Notes: generated by a model from the letters alone, not told the origin. Numbered from the whole stretch's first letter, positions 1-11,816 are shown. The stretch is 61,366 bases of DNA, filler included, from Hausera hauseri (GCA_046269625.1; 11 parts of 11 records of this genome joined end to end with filler, not necessarily neighbours in it); one strand, 5' to 3'. A program made the numbers and translations.

Positions 1-3000
1 TTAATTGTGCTCCTCAAATAATTGGTTGATTTTTAGATGTGCAAACTTTACAGAGAATGCTTGGCTCAAATCCATGAACCTGAAAATTGCCACAGTATTA
101 TGATGAAATACTTTAGCCATATTTACAACAGGGTTCATTATTATATATGCCCTACATGTGAGGTAGTGTGTCAAACCAATTATGAAGACTTTTACAATGT
201 CCATAAACATCACTTGATTTCCTTCATCAAATCGAAAAAACCAATATTCAGTACCAATATGTTAATAATGACTTTCGTGCCAAAGGAAAATCAAAAATGC
301 AGTTCTTATGTGCAATACACAATCCTCAGAATTGCCGCAATACCATGAGGACACAAATTCAATAGGATCATCTATTATATCTGTCTAGGATATGAGGCTG
401 TATGTGATGGAGAATACATACAGTTTTATGAAGATCACAAACATCATTTGACTGATTTCACATAAAAGTCAAAGAAGTTCATCTTTAATGAACATAAGCC
501 AGTTGCACAGCTTGAAGTACTGCCGGATGCAGGACTAAAACGCGCATCAGGCCCATCAGACGCATCAGGCGTAGCGGCTCCATCAAATAGTCAAAGACAG
601 AGGCCAGTTAATGCTGCAGAATTAAAGAGGAAATGCCGCATATATATCATTGAAGCAACTGATCAAACAACCATCAAAGAGTTCCTGGAGTACACAGAGG
701 AAGAGTGAATTCTCCAGGATAACATAGCTGATCTCAAGACCCTTAAGGTTAATTTGAAACTTGAGGCCACATACGTCAATGTTGATGGCGAAGAGTCCAA
801 AGTGCCTTCAAGACTAGAAATAGACCCATTTTTGAGGCCACCAATATAGTAGAATGGCTGCATGAAGAGCATGCAACCTTGATCCGTGAAGCCGATGAGA
901 GCCAGAGTAAGAAGTGCGGATGGACTCTGGCAACCATCAAGAGATGGTTTGTGTATGTTCACAAGCATTCTCCCATGCGGGGTAGTTTATATATTCAGCT
1001 TCCGGAATGGATCGCTAATAAAAAAGCATGCATCAATGTCCTTAATAATGACAACATGTGTTTCATGTATGCCATTTTATGTAAACTCGTACGGCATCAA
1101 AAACATGCAGCAGATCGAGGTTGGCTATATAATGATCTGAAGCACAACTATGACTTCCAATGTATTAAGTTCCCACCATCTATAGATGAAGTAAAGAAGT
1201 TCAGTCGAATAAACAATATATCCATCAACATCATTGGATTGGATGCTGAGGAGAAATTCTATCCCTTGCAGATATATGATACTGAATTAGAAGATCATAG
1301 GGATCTGCTCCTACTAGACAATGGAGAAAAAAACATTATATTTGGATTAAGAACTTTGAGCATCTAGTCAGATCCCAAATTACGAAACACACAACAAGAA
1401 TCGAAATATGTAAACGATGCTTTTCCCATTTCAGTGGTGATACAGCAGTGGACAAGCTTGCAGAGCACAAAATTTACTGCAGCAACAATTACTGTGTAAG
1501 GCCAGAATTACCCAAGGAGGACTATATTGAATTCAAGGAGTTCGAGAAGAATATCAATGTCCCAATAGTTATCTATTGCGACTTTGGAGCTATTCTCCGG
1601 CCAGTTCACAGCTGCACTTCCAGTCCTCAACATAGCAGCACAAGGGCATACCAATATCATGAACTCTCATCGTATTGCATGTATGCCAAAGGCCTGGACA
1701 GTGAACCATTTCTATTCAGGGTTCCAGGCGCAGCAGCACATTTCATAAAACGACTTGAAGATATGGCTCATAAGCTTGAGAACATGCTTCAGCAACATAA
1801 GGATAATATGAGCATGTCGCGGAAAGAAGCTGAAGAATGGTGCCGGGCAACATGTTACTTGTGCGACAAGTCCTTCACCAAGTATAATCATAAAGTCAAG
1901 GATCATTGCCATTTTACAGGTGTATATCGGGGAGCAGCATGCAACAACTGCAATATGCGTTGCAAAACATGTATATATGTGCCTGTAGTGTTCCATAATC
2001 TCAGTGGCTATGCTTTCCATTTCATAGTCCGAGAATTAGACAACATTGATGGTAATATAGATGCGATCCCAAACAGTGAGAAAAAATACATCACTTTCAC
2101 CAAGCAAGTGGGCCGCATCAGACTTCGCTTCATAGGCAGTTTCCGTTTCGTGAGCTCGTCACTGGTCAATTAAATGAAGAACCTCCCTTCAGAAGAACAC
2201 AAGGAGACGAAGCGGTTCTTCCCTACTGCATTTGACCTCGTCAAGAGGAAAGGCGTGTTTCCTTATGACTGCATAACCTAATGGGGAAGACTGGATGAGA
2301 CCTTATTGCCGGACAAGAAGGACTTTTACAGTATCCTCTCTAATTGCCATATCAGTGATGTTGACTACCAGCATGTCCAGAACGTCTAACATACATTAAA
2401 ATGCAGAACATTAGGGGAATGCAGAGACATATACCTCAAGACGGATGTGCTTCTGCTGACAGATGTCTTTGAGAGCTTCAGGGATGCAACAATGAGACAT
2501 GCTTTGGATCCGGTTCATTTCTTTACGGATCCAGATGAGTTTGGCAGCAATGCTGAGATATACAGGTATTAGGCTGCAGATCATTAAGGATTACGATATG
2601 ATCCTTATGATCGAGAGAGGCATTAGAGACGAAATATGCCAAGCCATTCACCGGTATAGCGAGGACGATAACAAGTATATGGCCGAATACGACTCATCCA
2701 AGGAAACCTCATATATCATACTTGGATGCCAACAACTTGTATGGATGTGCCAGAAGCGTCCCATTGCCGTATGATAACTTCAAATGAGTCGAGAACCCTG
2801 AAAACATCCGTATATTAGACCTGGATCACGCTGGAGATACGAGATACATACTGGAGGTGGATATGGATTATCCTGCTTCCATCCACGCAAAGCATCAACA
2901 GCTGCCTTTCTTACCTGAGAGCAGGCCTCCGCCCATAAAAAGCATAGAAAGCTGCTATGTCATCTGGGTAATAGGGAGAGGTATGGACTTCGTACTACTA

Positions 3001-4090
3001 AGATCCACCGGACCCTATAGTTCAACCACTCCATGTGCCTGCAGTCATACATAGATCTTAATACGAAGCTGCGGACTAATGCCAAGAACAACTTTGAGAA
3101 AAACCAGTTCAAGCTTTACAACAACTCAGTCCTTGGCAAGACCATGGAGAATATCCGCAACAGGAGCAACATCGAACTGGTATGTGACTGGAATCGAGGA
3201 AGGAAGATTATTGCCAAGCCGAACTTCCACAGCAGAATCAGATATGTTAAGAACTTGGTCAGCATCCATATGCTGAAAACATCCTTGGTATTCAACAAGC
3301 CCATATGTGGGTATGGCAATCCTCGACCTGTCAAAGACCCTGATGTATCACTTCCACAACGACATCATGGTCCCCAAGTTTAAGTCTATGGAGCGGATGT
3401 ATATGGATACTGATCGTTTTATCTATCAGATCCATACAGTCTACATTTATAAGGACTTTGCCCAGTTGGCTCAACACATGGATACCTCGGATTATCCGAA
3501 GGATCATCCCAACAATTCAATTGCCAACAAAAAGGTCATTGGGCAATTCAAAAACGATGTGAATGGGGCAATAATATTAAGATTTGTAGCTCTCAGATCT
3601 AAAATGTATGCTCTAGACGTATGTGGCCAAATAAAGAAGCAGGCAAAAGGGGTTCAAAGGGCTACATTGGCCAAGAAGATTAGATTCAATGACTATGAGA
3701 GTTCTGCAGGAGCAAACACATCATATCAGAGATAAAACGGATCCAATCTATGTATCGTAACACAAACTGTAACCTTACAGAATAAAAGCCTAGATTGGAT
3801 GGACGACAAGAGGAGATCCTAAGCGATGGAATCCACACACTACCTTATGGACATGTGTCATTGTAGATATTGTTATACTTTGTTATTCTTTTGTTTAATA
3901 AATGTTGTATAGAAATATCGTGTTGTCTTCTTGATCAATAATGTGGAATATTGGATAAGGTCAAGAAAAACTAAGTAACTACTATATAGGATAAGGCCCA
4001 CTAATTTCATAATACATTTATTTAGTAACAATATAACTTTGACATAACGCTAAACACTTTTTATATGCACAATGTGAACCATGTTCACGA
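1..4090 (+). mobile_element. Decayed Polinton/Maverick (adintovirus-like) element fragment, copy 1
   Basis: Occupied by a protein-primed PolB pseudogene; colinear with copy 2 (19918-24523), including the 3' flank after PolB. Confidence 0.85.
37..3866 (+). pseudogene. Protein-primed family B DNA polymerase (pPolB) with an endonuclease-VII-like Zn finger insert; many stops and frameshifts
   Basis: Motifs RGSLYIQLPEWIANKKACINV, VIYCDF (ExoI), CYLC..KVKDHCHFTGVYRGAACNNCN, VFHNLSGY (ExoII), KGVFPYD, LDANNLYG, KLYNNSVLGK, YMDTD, KKQAKGV, DDKR, TLPYGH. Confidence 0.9.
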
Positions 4091-4190
4091 NNNNNNNNNN
4101 NNNNNNNNNNNNNNNNNNNNNNNNNNNNNNNNNNTTAATTAATTAANNNNNNNNNNNNNNNNNNNNNNNNNNNNNNNNNNNNNNNNNNNN
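4091..4190. other. Artificial contig linker (N44-TTAATTAATTAA-N44); the same linker occurs at 9340-9439, 14261-14360, 19818-19917, 24524-24623, 34508-34607, 39258-39357, 45819-45918, 51582-51681 and 57145-57244
   Basis: Ten identical 100-bp N blocks with a central six-frame stop cassette; sequence content changes abruptly across each one. Confidence 0.98.
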
Positions 4191-4612
4191 GAGCAAGATG
4201 TCAACTACGTCGAGTTGTAATTTTGAACCAATTTCTAAGAAATCATTTAGACACTTTCCCTTGTTCTTTGCAGCTGCGTCAAACACTATTCGATATTTTG
4301 TGGTATCACGATCGAACTTAACAACAGGAAAGTGTGGTAATAACCATTTCGTTTCCTTTTACTCTTCTTTCGATATTTTTTATGTACGACTTCTCCTCAT
4401 ATTCTTTAATAACTTTATAGTATTCCTCTTTTACTTTAATATCCTTATCTAACTTTTTTATTAGTAATTCCAGTCTTTTTTTCGCCATCCATGAAGAGTC
4501 AAAACCACTGACGTCTGGATGTTTCTCTTCCTTCCAGAGTAGCTTAACACAAAATCTATCTTTCTCATATTTTATTCCATTCGTTACTTTTTTTAATAAT
4601 TCAGTCTCTAAG

Positions 4613-5224
4613 CTATTTAACTCCGGTTTTTCCTGGAATCCTTGTTCCGCCTCCCATAGTCTGTTCCAATCCTCTCTTCACTTCATAGGTTCTTGTCCAG
4701 AATGTTCTAACGAAGTTGGTCCTTACTCTCTTTCTTTCATCTCCGATTACTCCAAGACATGTCCATCTAAGTGGGGTTAATCTGGCTATAGGATTGTTTA
4801 TTTTTCCTGCTATTTTCTTTATATACCTATGCAGGTGCATGTAGTTCGCGCCAATTATTCCATCAACCGATTTCGACGATTTTTGAACAGCGAACTTTAT
4901 TTCTCTCAAATGCGACCATTTGCTTTTCTCGACCGCCCAATTCACGGCCATCATTTTCCCAGTTGGATCATGAAGGACCAACGCTTCAAATGGGATGTTA
5001 GCCTTCCCGTTCTTACTTCGTAACTTCATTTTTACCCTCTCCATTTTCGATTTTGTTGTTCCTCCACCTACCACCATGACGGATACGTTTTCCAGACTAC
5101 CAACTAATTTTAATTGCTCTGGGACAGAACGTTTTACGAAGCATTCTGTACTCGCGTCATCTAACAACATACACACCTTTACTTTTCGCTCTCCATTTTC
5201 CAACCATACGTTTACAGTGCGCAA
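4613..5224 (-). pseudogene. BEL/Pao aspartic protease domain (DUF1758-like)
   Basis: LLDDASTECFV catalytic motif, WSHLREIKF, VDGIIGANY, PIARLTPLRWT. Confidence 0.85.
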
Positions 5225-5401
5225 TGCTATTTTATTTCCTGTCGGGATCTTTTCTGATCGTCAGGTCACGTAAGAGCTAACTTGGGCCTCCGTAACATCA
5301 CCTTCACATTCACCCTTTTCTTTCCTTAATTCCTCATCACCTTGCAAAGTATAAAATGTTCTTTCTTGTTTTTTGGATGTATTTTTCTTAGACGGCGAAT
5401 C

Positions 5402-5548
5402 ATGAGCATAACAACATTTTTCTCCATATTTTCAATTCCCTTTCACATGATACTTACAAACTTGCGTTTTACTGTTTCCCTCGTGAATATGCAGATATTT
5501 ACACTTATTTCCGAATTTGCAATTTCCGTTTTTCTCGAACTCCCAGCA
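5402..5548 (-). other. Two tandem C-x7-C-x5-C-x3-H (CCCH) zinc fingers in the Gag nucleocapsid position
   Basis: CWEFEKNGNCKFGNKCKYLH and CKYHVKGN*KYGEKCCYAH, where TGA at 5432-5434 occupies the second Cys position. Confidence 0.8.
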
Positions 5549-6715
5549 TATTTGGTTTTCGGTTTTGCTCATTGACTTAATACTATTATCCTTTTTTGTT
5601 TTATTTGGAATTGACGCCTCATTCCTGCTGGCATTTCTGTCTACATAAAAACTTCTTTGTGATTTTCTTTGAAATTCATGCTCTTTCGAAAGTGTATGAT
5701 TTTTATTATGAGCGAGAAATCGTTTTTCAACTGTCGTCTTATTTTCATCGTACGTCCGATTAGACTCATATTCTCTTCCTGGATTAAAGGTGTTTATACC
5801 TCTGATTCTTTTGATTGTATTTCTTGGGACACTTGCTTCCATCTCTACTCACAATTTTAACTCCTCAACTGTGCGATTTGACTTCTTTTCAGCAACATGT
5901 CTTTCCCATAATAATACTATGGACTCTGGGAACTTTTCCATTAGACTTTGGTACAACAGACCTCCACCTAATTCTTCCGTCCTCCCGAAATTTTGTAGTC
6001 TCACTGTTATGCCATCTAACAAAGCAACAAATCGATCTAGGCCTATGATGTCTTCTTCCTTGATTGATTTAAAACGCATCACTTCGGTCATAAAGGCGGC
6101 ATAACACCGTTGTTCTCCCCAATAATAAGAGTCAAGTTTTCCCATTGCAGCTTTATAGCCTTCTTGAGACAGGTCAAAGTTCTCAATTAATCTCTTCGGT
6201 TTTTCGTACAGGCATTGATTTAATTGCAATTGTTTGTAGATGTCAAACATTGACATCTTATGAACGCAGGTGTCAAACGTTGTCTTCCATTTACCATACT
6301 CTGTGACTATACCGCCAAACTTTGGGAGTTCTAACTTCTACAATTTCGGCAGTATGACCTTTGCCTTTATACCACTAACCGCACCTCTTGTTGTATTAAT
6401 TGCCGATTTGTTTTGCCTTAAGCTTCTTTCATAGATAACTGCGTTGGTCTTTTCGTTCTGCTCGTCTAATTTCTCTATTTCATTATCTAGTAATGTTACA
6501 TTCTCCTTCCTTTTTAATTTCCTGGCTGCGGTTGTCAATATACACAGTTCTTCTTGGACACTCGAAAAAACCTTCTCATAAATTTGATGGAATACGTTGT
6601 AATCATGTTCGTTTAAATTTACATCAATCAATCTTCTTCGAATCAAAGCCAATTTATTTATGAGTCTTTGTCGCTCGGCAATACGTTCTTCGAGTTCGTC
6701 TGCTGTTATTTCGCT

Positions 6716-6928
6716 TCCTCCTTTTGGCTAGAACGTTAATTGAAGTATTGTGCCGTTACTTAGGCTTTTCACTGCTTCATCGGTCCGTAGCGGCTTTCCG
6801 ACGTGTAATAGAATGAATTCCTCATTTATCCTCAAGTTTTTCTTTATATTCCCAATTAGATCCCAATATGACTGAGATTCAGTTAAGTCTACCACAGAAT
6901 TATGTCCGCCACAACGTATGATTACCTG
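6716..6928 (-). other. Ubiquitin-like domain ending in di-Gly, in frame upstream of BEL/Pao Gag
   Basis: QVIIRCGGHNSVVDL...FILLHVGKPLRTDEAVKSLSNGTILQLTF*PKGG; about 71 aa, resembling ubiquitin RLIFAGKQL...STLHLVLRLRGG. Confidence 0.7.
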
Positions 6929-8199
6929 TTTTCTTATTTCTCCAACTCTGTTTTCCGAAATCTTGTTTACCTCTTTTCCACTTATTCTTCCTATCTGATA
7001 CGGCAACTCTATTCCTCCTAATTCCCTATCTTCAAGAAGATTCGATATTTTTGAATTTGTACAATTAGTTTGTGCTTCTTCACTTAGCTTTTCAAACTGC
7101 TTCTCCACAACTTGAAGTTCCGGGCATCCAATGCTTTTTTGTAATTTGATCAATAATTTACGGCCACTTGCCTCAAACACGAGCCGTTTAGAACATGTTT
7201 CTTTGCGATCTGTTACAGGTGACCCTATCCGCTGAGGTTTATTCTCTATTTATTCAAAATCATAGACTCTCGATATATCTTCTAATTTTTTATCGCCTTC
7301 GGCGCAAGATTTCACGACTCTCCAATTTAGCGTCACCTCTGCAAAATAGTCACGGCGTTTCCTTTTATTCAATTCCCTACAGTCTCTTACCGTGCATATT
7401 GTGCAGAAGATTCTCGCTTTTGCTTCAACATTAAATCAGAATGAATAAGATCTGAAAACGAGGAGACGGACATACAGTATTTGTAAAAAAACTGCATTCT
7501 GTGGTTTGTGTCTGCGGATCACGGTGCAGAGCACAAACCACGCTCTGCTACCATAAAATGGAGGTTTTATATAGACGTTATGTAACGTGTCACCGTAAAT
7601 TAGAGATTTTATATGAAGTAAACATAGTGAATTATGCACATAAACCTCCAGATGAATGACAGGTTTGTCTCGGATATCACCTCTTGATATAATTCCTATC
7701 ATCTCTCCTCTGGGCACATACAAACTTTCTTTCAAGGTGTACGTTCCTTTACTTTTACTTGAAAAATATTGTATCAAACAACTGTTCAAACATAGACTCA
7801 TTACAAGGTTACGTATATTATCTACAATACAGCCTTTCTCTTCCATCGAATAACCGTATACGCACATACTCATTCTAAGACTATGTGTATCTTCCCTTGG
7901 TCCGAACATCATTAAATATGACTCAGTTCTTATTAGGCTCAATTTGCAAACCCATTTAAACCTCCAAATTCTCTTATTTAATGTATACCCATATGAAAAC
8001 ACATTAAATTGACTTATCCAAGCATACTCGGCTTTTGTTATCGCGGTATCTTTCCGCGGTGGAATGATTCCACCTTTAATTTGCTCCAAATCCAACACAC
8101 CGAATTTAACAACCATACAACTCCTCTCAACATCCGCGGGAACAAAAGGGAGATAATAACTATAATCCATAATATTTGTAGAACAACTTAACACATTAA

Positions 8200-8679
8200 T
8201 CACAAATTTCTACAATTGAGAGTTTGATCAGAATTGAATGAGCTCGAAATTGAGCTGTCTACACCTCTCATCTTATTCGACATATCCATATTTGTTACCA
8301 TAATCTTCATAGTTAGATACTTTCCAATTACATTTTGATTAATCTTCTTGTTACACTTATTCTTTGGAGAATGTCTAAATATTTTTGTTAGAATGCAGAA
8401 TCTTATTATTATAACTGTAGAACAAATAAAGCTATACAGAAATAGTCCTTTTTTATCTTTTTTGAATGTATCAGAATGTATGAATTCTTCAGTTTCATAA
8501 CGATATTGCATTTTCAGTTTGAGACAAATCATTTGGGACATTTTTGTTTTACAGCACTTTAGAATCTTTTTCCCATCGTTGTTTACCATTTCTTTCAGAG
8601 AGAATTTAGGGACGTAATTCCTGGATCTTTCCTTACTAATAGATCCATGAATTTCCTGGATCTGTTTTTTATACTTCAT
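8200..8679 (-). other. Unassigned ORF overlapping the start of the BEL/Pao extension, possibly a frameshifted 5' continuation
   Basis: 159-aa ORF whose TGA overlaps the GTG of 7436-8203; no recognised motif. Confidence 0.25.
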
Positions 8680-9439
8680 GTAAGTTAGTTTCGTTGAAAT
8701 AGGTTGGTTCAGAATTTTCAGAACATTTTAAATTCAATTTCATAAAATAAATATCTAATATCAATTTCTAGTGATTCAATATCAATATGACTTATTATTT
8801 CTTTATATAATTATATGGCATATATAAGCTAATATTTTTGTATATATCTATCTGGCTGAGAAAAACACGGTCATCAAACGAATGGATAAAAATTAAAGGA
8901 AACTGCCTTATAAAATTTTAAAGTCTCGAGATGATAGTTAAGCTAGACAAGCTAATGTACCACGAAGCCGACGTAATGAGAGCATTAACTCATGAAAATA
9001 TTCTCGGATTTGTTGATTTCCATAAAGATAGACCTTCTAACGTTTCTTTGAGTACAACTGAAGCTTGCTGTTCTTAGTAACTTTTGTTATTTTCGTCGCA
9101 TATTTTTTCATCATTTTGGATACAATTATGGTTTGCTGTTTTTTATATTTTCGTGAAATATGATTTGTGTCCATTAAAATTTCGAAGCGTTGTTGAAATT
9201 GAACAAGGGTAATGAATTTCTATTCATACAGCCAGTGATCGGAATAAATGCATCAGAAGGGACACAAATATTCAGATGGACCGATTGAAGTACCGATTGA
9301 CAAATACAACATTTTATCGATTTCTTTATTACATTAAAGNNNNNNNNNNNNNNNNNNNNNNNNNNNNNNNNNNNNNNNNNNNNTTAATTAATTAANNNNN
9401 NNNNNNNNNNNNNNNNNNNNNNNNNNNNNNNNNNNNNNN

Positions 9440-9775
9440 CGTTTAGTTTGTTCGGCGACTACCGGATGTGTTCCTATCTCATGCATACCTACGATGCTTG
9501 AGCGGGGTATTCCCATTAATTCAACAATTCTATGGATGCGATATCCAGCGAGGATATATCCGTATAAACTGTGTTCTAACTCGGCCTGGACAAGTTTGAT
9601 GTCTCTGCCTGTCGTATCGTAGCATGTCTCGCGAACGCGTTTTCTCGGACTAATGATCGTACAATATACTTCTGTTCAGTTTGTTTCTCGAATTGAGACT
9701 TCCATTGAAATCTTTTGCGCATCATTCCCTTCTCCACAATTGATTGCTATGATTCTTGTATTTCTGACATCTTGC
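9440..9775 (-). pseudogene. REX4/ISG20-like DEDDh exonuclease fold with catalytic residues substituted (element A)
   Basis: Manual translation, absent from the ORF track: RIIAINCGEG..MEVSIRETN*TEVYCTIISPRKRV..TTG..LVQAELEHSLYGYILAGYRI..SIVGMHEI. Confidence 0.65.
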
Positions 9776-10418
9776 ACTAGTCTATACGATTGTAAGAATG
9801 TGTCCAAATCCTTTTGACATTTTTTGATAGAATTTCAAAGGTGGTAGTTGGATATAGGGATAATCGTCGTAAGTCACCTCAAACATCAGTTTTACAGGAA
9901 GGGCAGCTACTCGAAATTCTAATTCATAGTGATGCAAGTCTCCGCTACGTAGGCTAAAAGTACTAAATCTGTATTGCCCTCTGTTATTAGCGTTCCATTC
10001 TTGATCTTTGAGTCGATAATATATCTCACCGTATGCTAGGTGGATATAATTATTTTGGTGATGTTTGAGTGAGTATGCTATCCTATGTCCTATCTTCTTC
10101 CGTAATACCCTTTAGATTGTTAGGAATTCTACTAGTCTGATCGTACTTCACAAAGGTTTTCTCATGCAATTCGTAATGAATTTCTCGATATATGAATTTG
10201 GAATTTAGAAGGAAGACATATTTCTGAAGAAACTCGTCGATGCTATATCGACGTTCTTGACTGGTTCCTTTTGGTTGGTTGTCGATACTATATCGTTCGG
10301 GTTTGTGAATACTCTTTAATTGGAAGAATAAACAGTAAGGATTACCTTTACAATAAAGGATGGTCTTAAAATAAAACCAACTCTTTATTTGATGATAGGA
10401 TAACCCGCTCTGTAGTTG

Positions 10419-11816
10419 TCAGGTTATTTTATCATACGGATCAATAGGGGTTTCCAATTCCCTTAGTTCCAATTCTGTAATGTTAGGACGCTTAGAATGA
10501 TAGTTTTTAGCAACTAACCGAAAAATCGCAATTAGTGTAATAAGAACAAACGTTGACAGTACAAAAATGGATACGATCGGTAAAGTGATCAATCTCATTG
10601 GTGCTTGTGTGGTGACTGGAATTGTGATTTCATCGCCTATATTTTCATATGTATGCGATTCTTCACGAATTTCATCTAAGGTACGCAATGTAATTGTTTG
10701 GTTTTGTTTATCCTCTGTATATATTTGTACTATGTAATCAGATTGCGGTTTTAGCAAACTGCATTCTATCTGATAAGTGCTTTTAGGTAATGTTACAATC
10801 TGATTATTATAGGTTGTTCGGCAACTTATGTGTATATCGTAAGTTTGTTCCTCCTCTACAAAGAACACAATTTTAGATCGATACGCCGAATATTTAATAG
10901 GCATGCTTCCTAATTCTCTTTTAGGCACACTGCTTGACGTAGCGGGTCCCATAATAGCACTAACTCGAGTAGTCGGCTTTTTAATGGTTGTTTCTACTGG
11001 AATCCTCCATATTCTATTCTTCGGATAGTAAGTCCGCAAATTTTTGCTCGGTTTATTCGGTCTTACTTCATATAAGTCGAATTTTATTTTGTATTCTTGG
11101 TTTACTGGTAACTTACAACATGGGCATTGCACACATTCATGAACAGAACAGTAATATATTCTCAGGGTTTTCCCATTCACAGCTTGGAAAATGATACTAA
11201 TTTCTTGACTAAAAGTTAATCCTGTTCGAGCATCTATTTAAATGCATTGTTTTTCCTCGTTTACCGAGATTCCTTTGATATTTTCATCTAATAACCTTAT
11301 ATCTGGGTTGGTGGACTGTAGCATTTCGTCGGGCTTCTTTTCGGATGGCCTGGACCAATGGGGAATTACCAACTGAACTTGTGGGTTTACGTCGTTATAG
11401 ACTTCTGATGAGTCTGGTAAGTATAGTTGATAAGTGAGGATGTAAACATGTTCGAAATCGACGTCGCAGCACTGGGTATAATCTCCGGGTTCAAAGTCAC
11501 AGTTTTTCACTTCTTTCGTTGTTACATCGCATAGGACAATTTGAAATCTTCCCAAATCGCGATGCAGTCTCCAAGTTTTAAATCCGACACACATAGCGTC
11601 TGGCGAAAAGTAATGAATTGTCATTGATTTTAACAATTTAGTGTCTTCTTGTTTTTGGATCTCTTCGACTCTTGGTTTCTTTTCCGTTTTAATAATTTTC
11701 GATCTTGATTCGCTCTTCCGAATCCCGTATATATCTCCTAGGGTAGTTTTATCGTTCCACCATTTAGTTTGTGTTCTCGGGATATAAAAAGCAATTAACG
11801 ATAATGCTAAGATTAT
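10419..11816 (-). pseudogene. Type I membrane protein with FN3-like ectodomain in the env position (element A)
   Basis: Same frame as the integrase C-terminus. Hydrophobic ISYV*IILALSLIAFY, two Cys modules (KNC..CC..Y, WSRPS), S/T/P stalk, FN3 tyrosine corner LKPQSDYIV, TM LPIVSIFVLSTFVLITLIAIF, tail ending IDPYDKIT. In-frame stops at 11817 and 11238. Confidence 0.75.

Larger units (their letters stand above)
4191..8203 (-). mobile_element. BEL/Pao LTR retrotransposon, 5' part of polyprotein (extension-Ubl-Gag-CCCH-protease-start of RT), decayed
   Basis: ORFs 7436-8203, 6728-7180, 6338-6652, 5849-6256, 5432-5842 and 4613-5224 all lie in one minus frame. Gag LELPKFGG..YGKW..F (DUF1759-like); protease MLLDDASTECFV..DGIIG..ARLTPLRW; Pao RT start [35 protein letters not shown] near 4200-4350. 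Confidence 0.9.

Noticed and set aside
4091-4190. TTAATTAATTAA palindrome recurring ten times
   Set aside because: Artificial six-frame-stop linker inside N padding. It also rules out reading the window as one gene cluster.
8680-9339. Candidate 5' LTR/PBS of the BEL/Pao element
   Set aside because: AT-rich with no supportable TG..CA boundaries or PBS.
10419-11816. Classical retroviral or errantiviral Env fusogen
   Set aside because: No furin site plus fusion peptide or heptad repeat was recognised; the FN3-type motifs fit better. A structure prediction is needed to exclude it fully.
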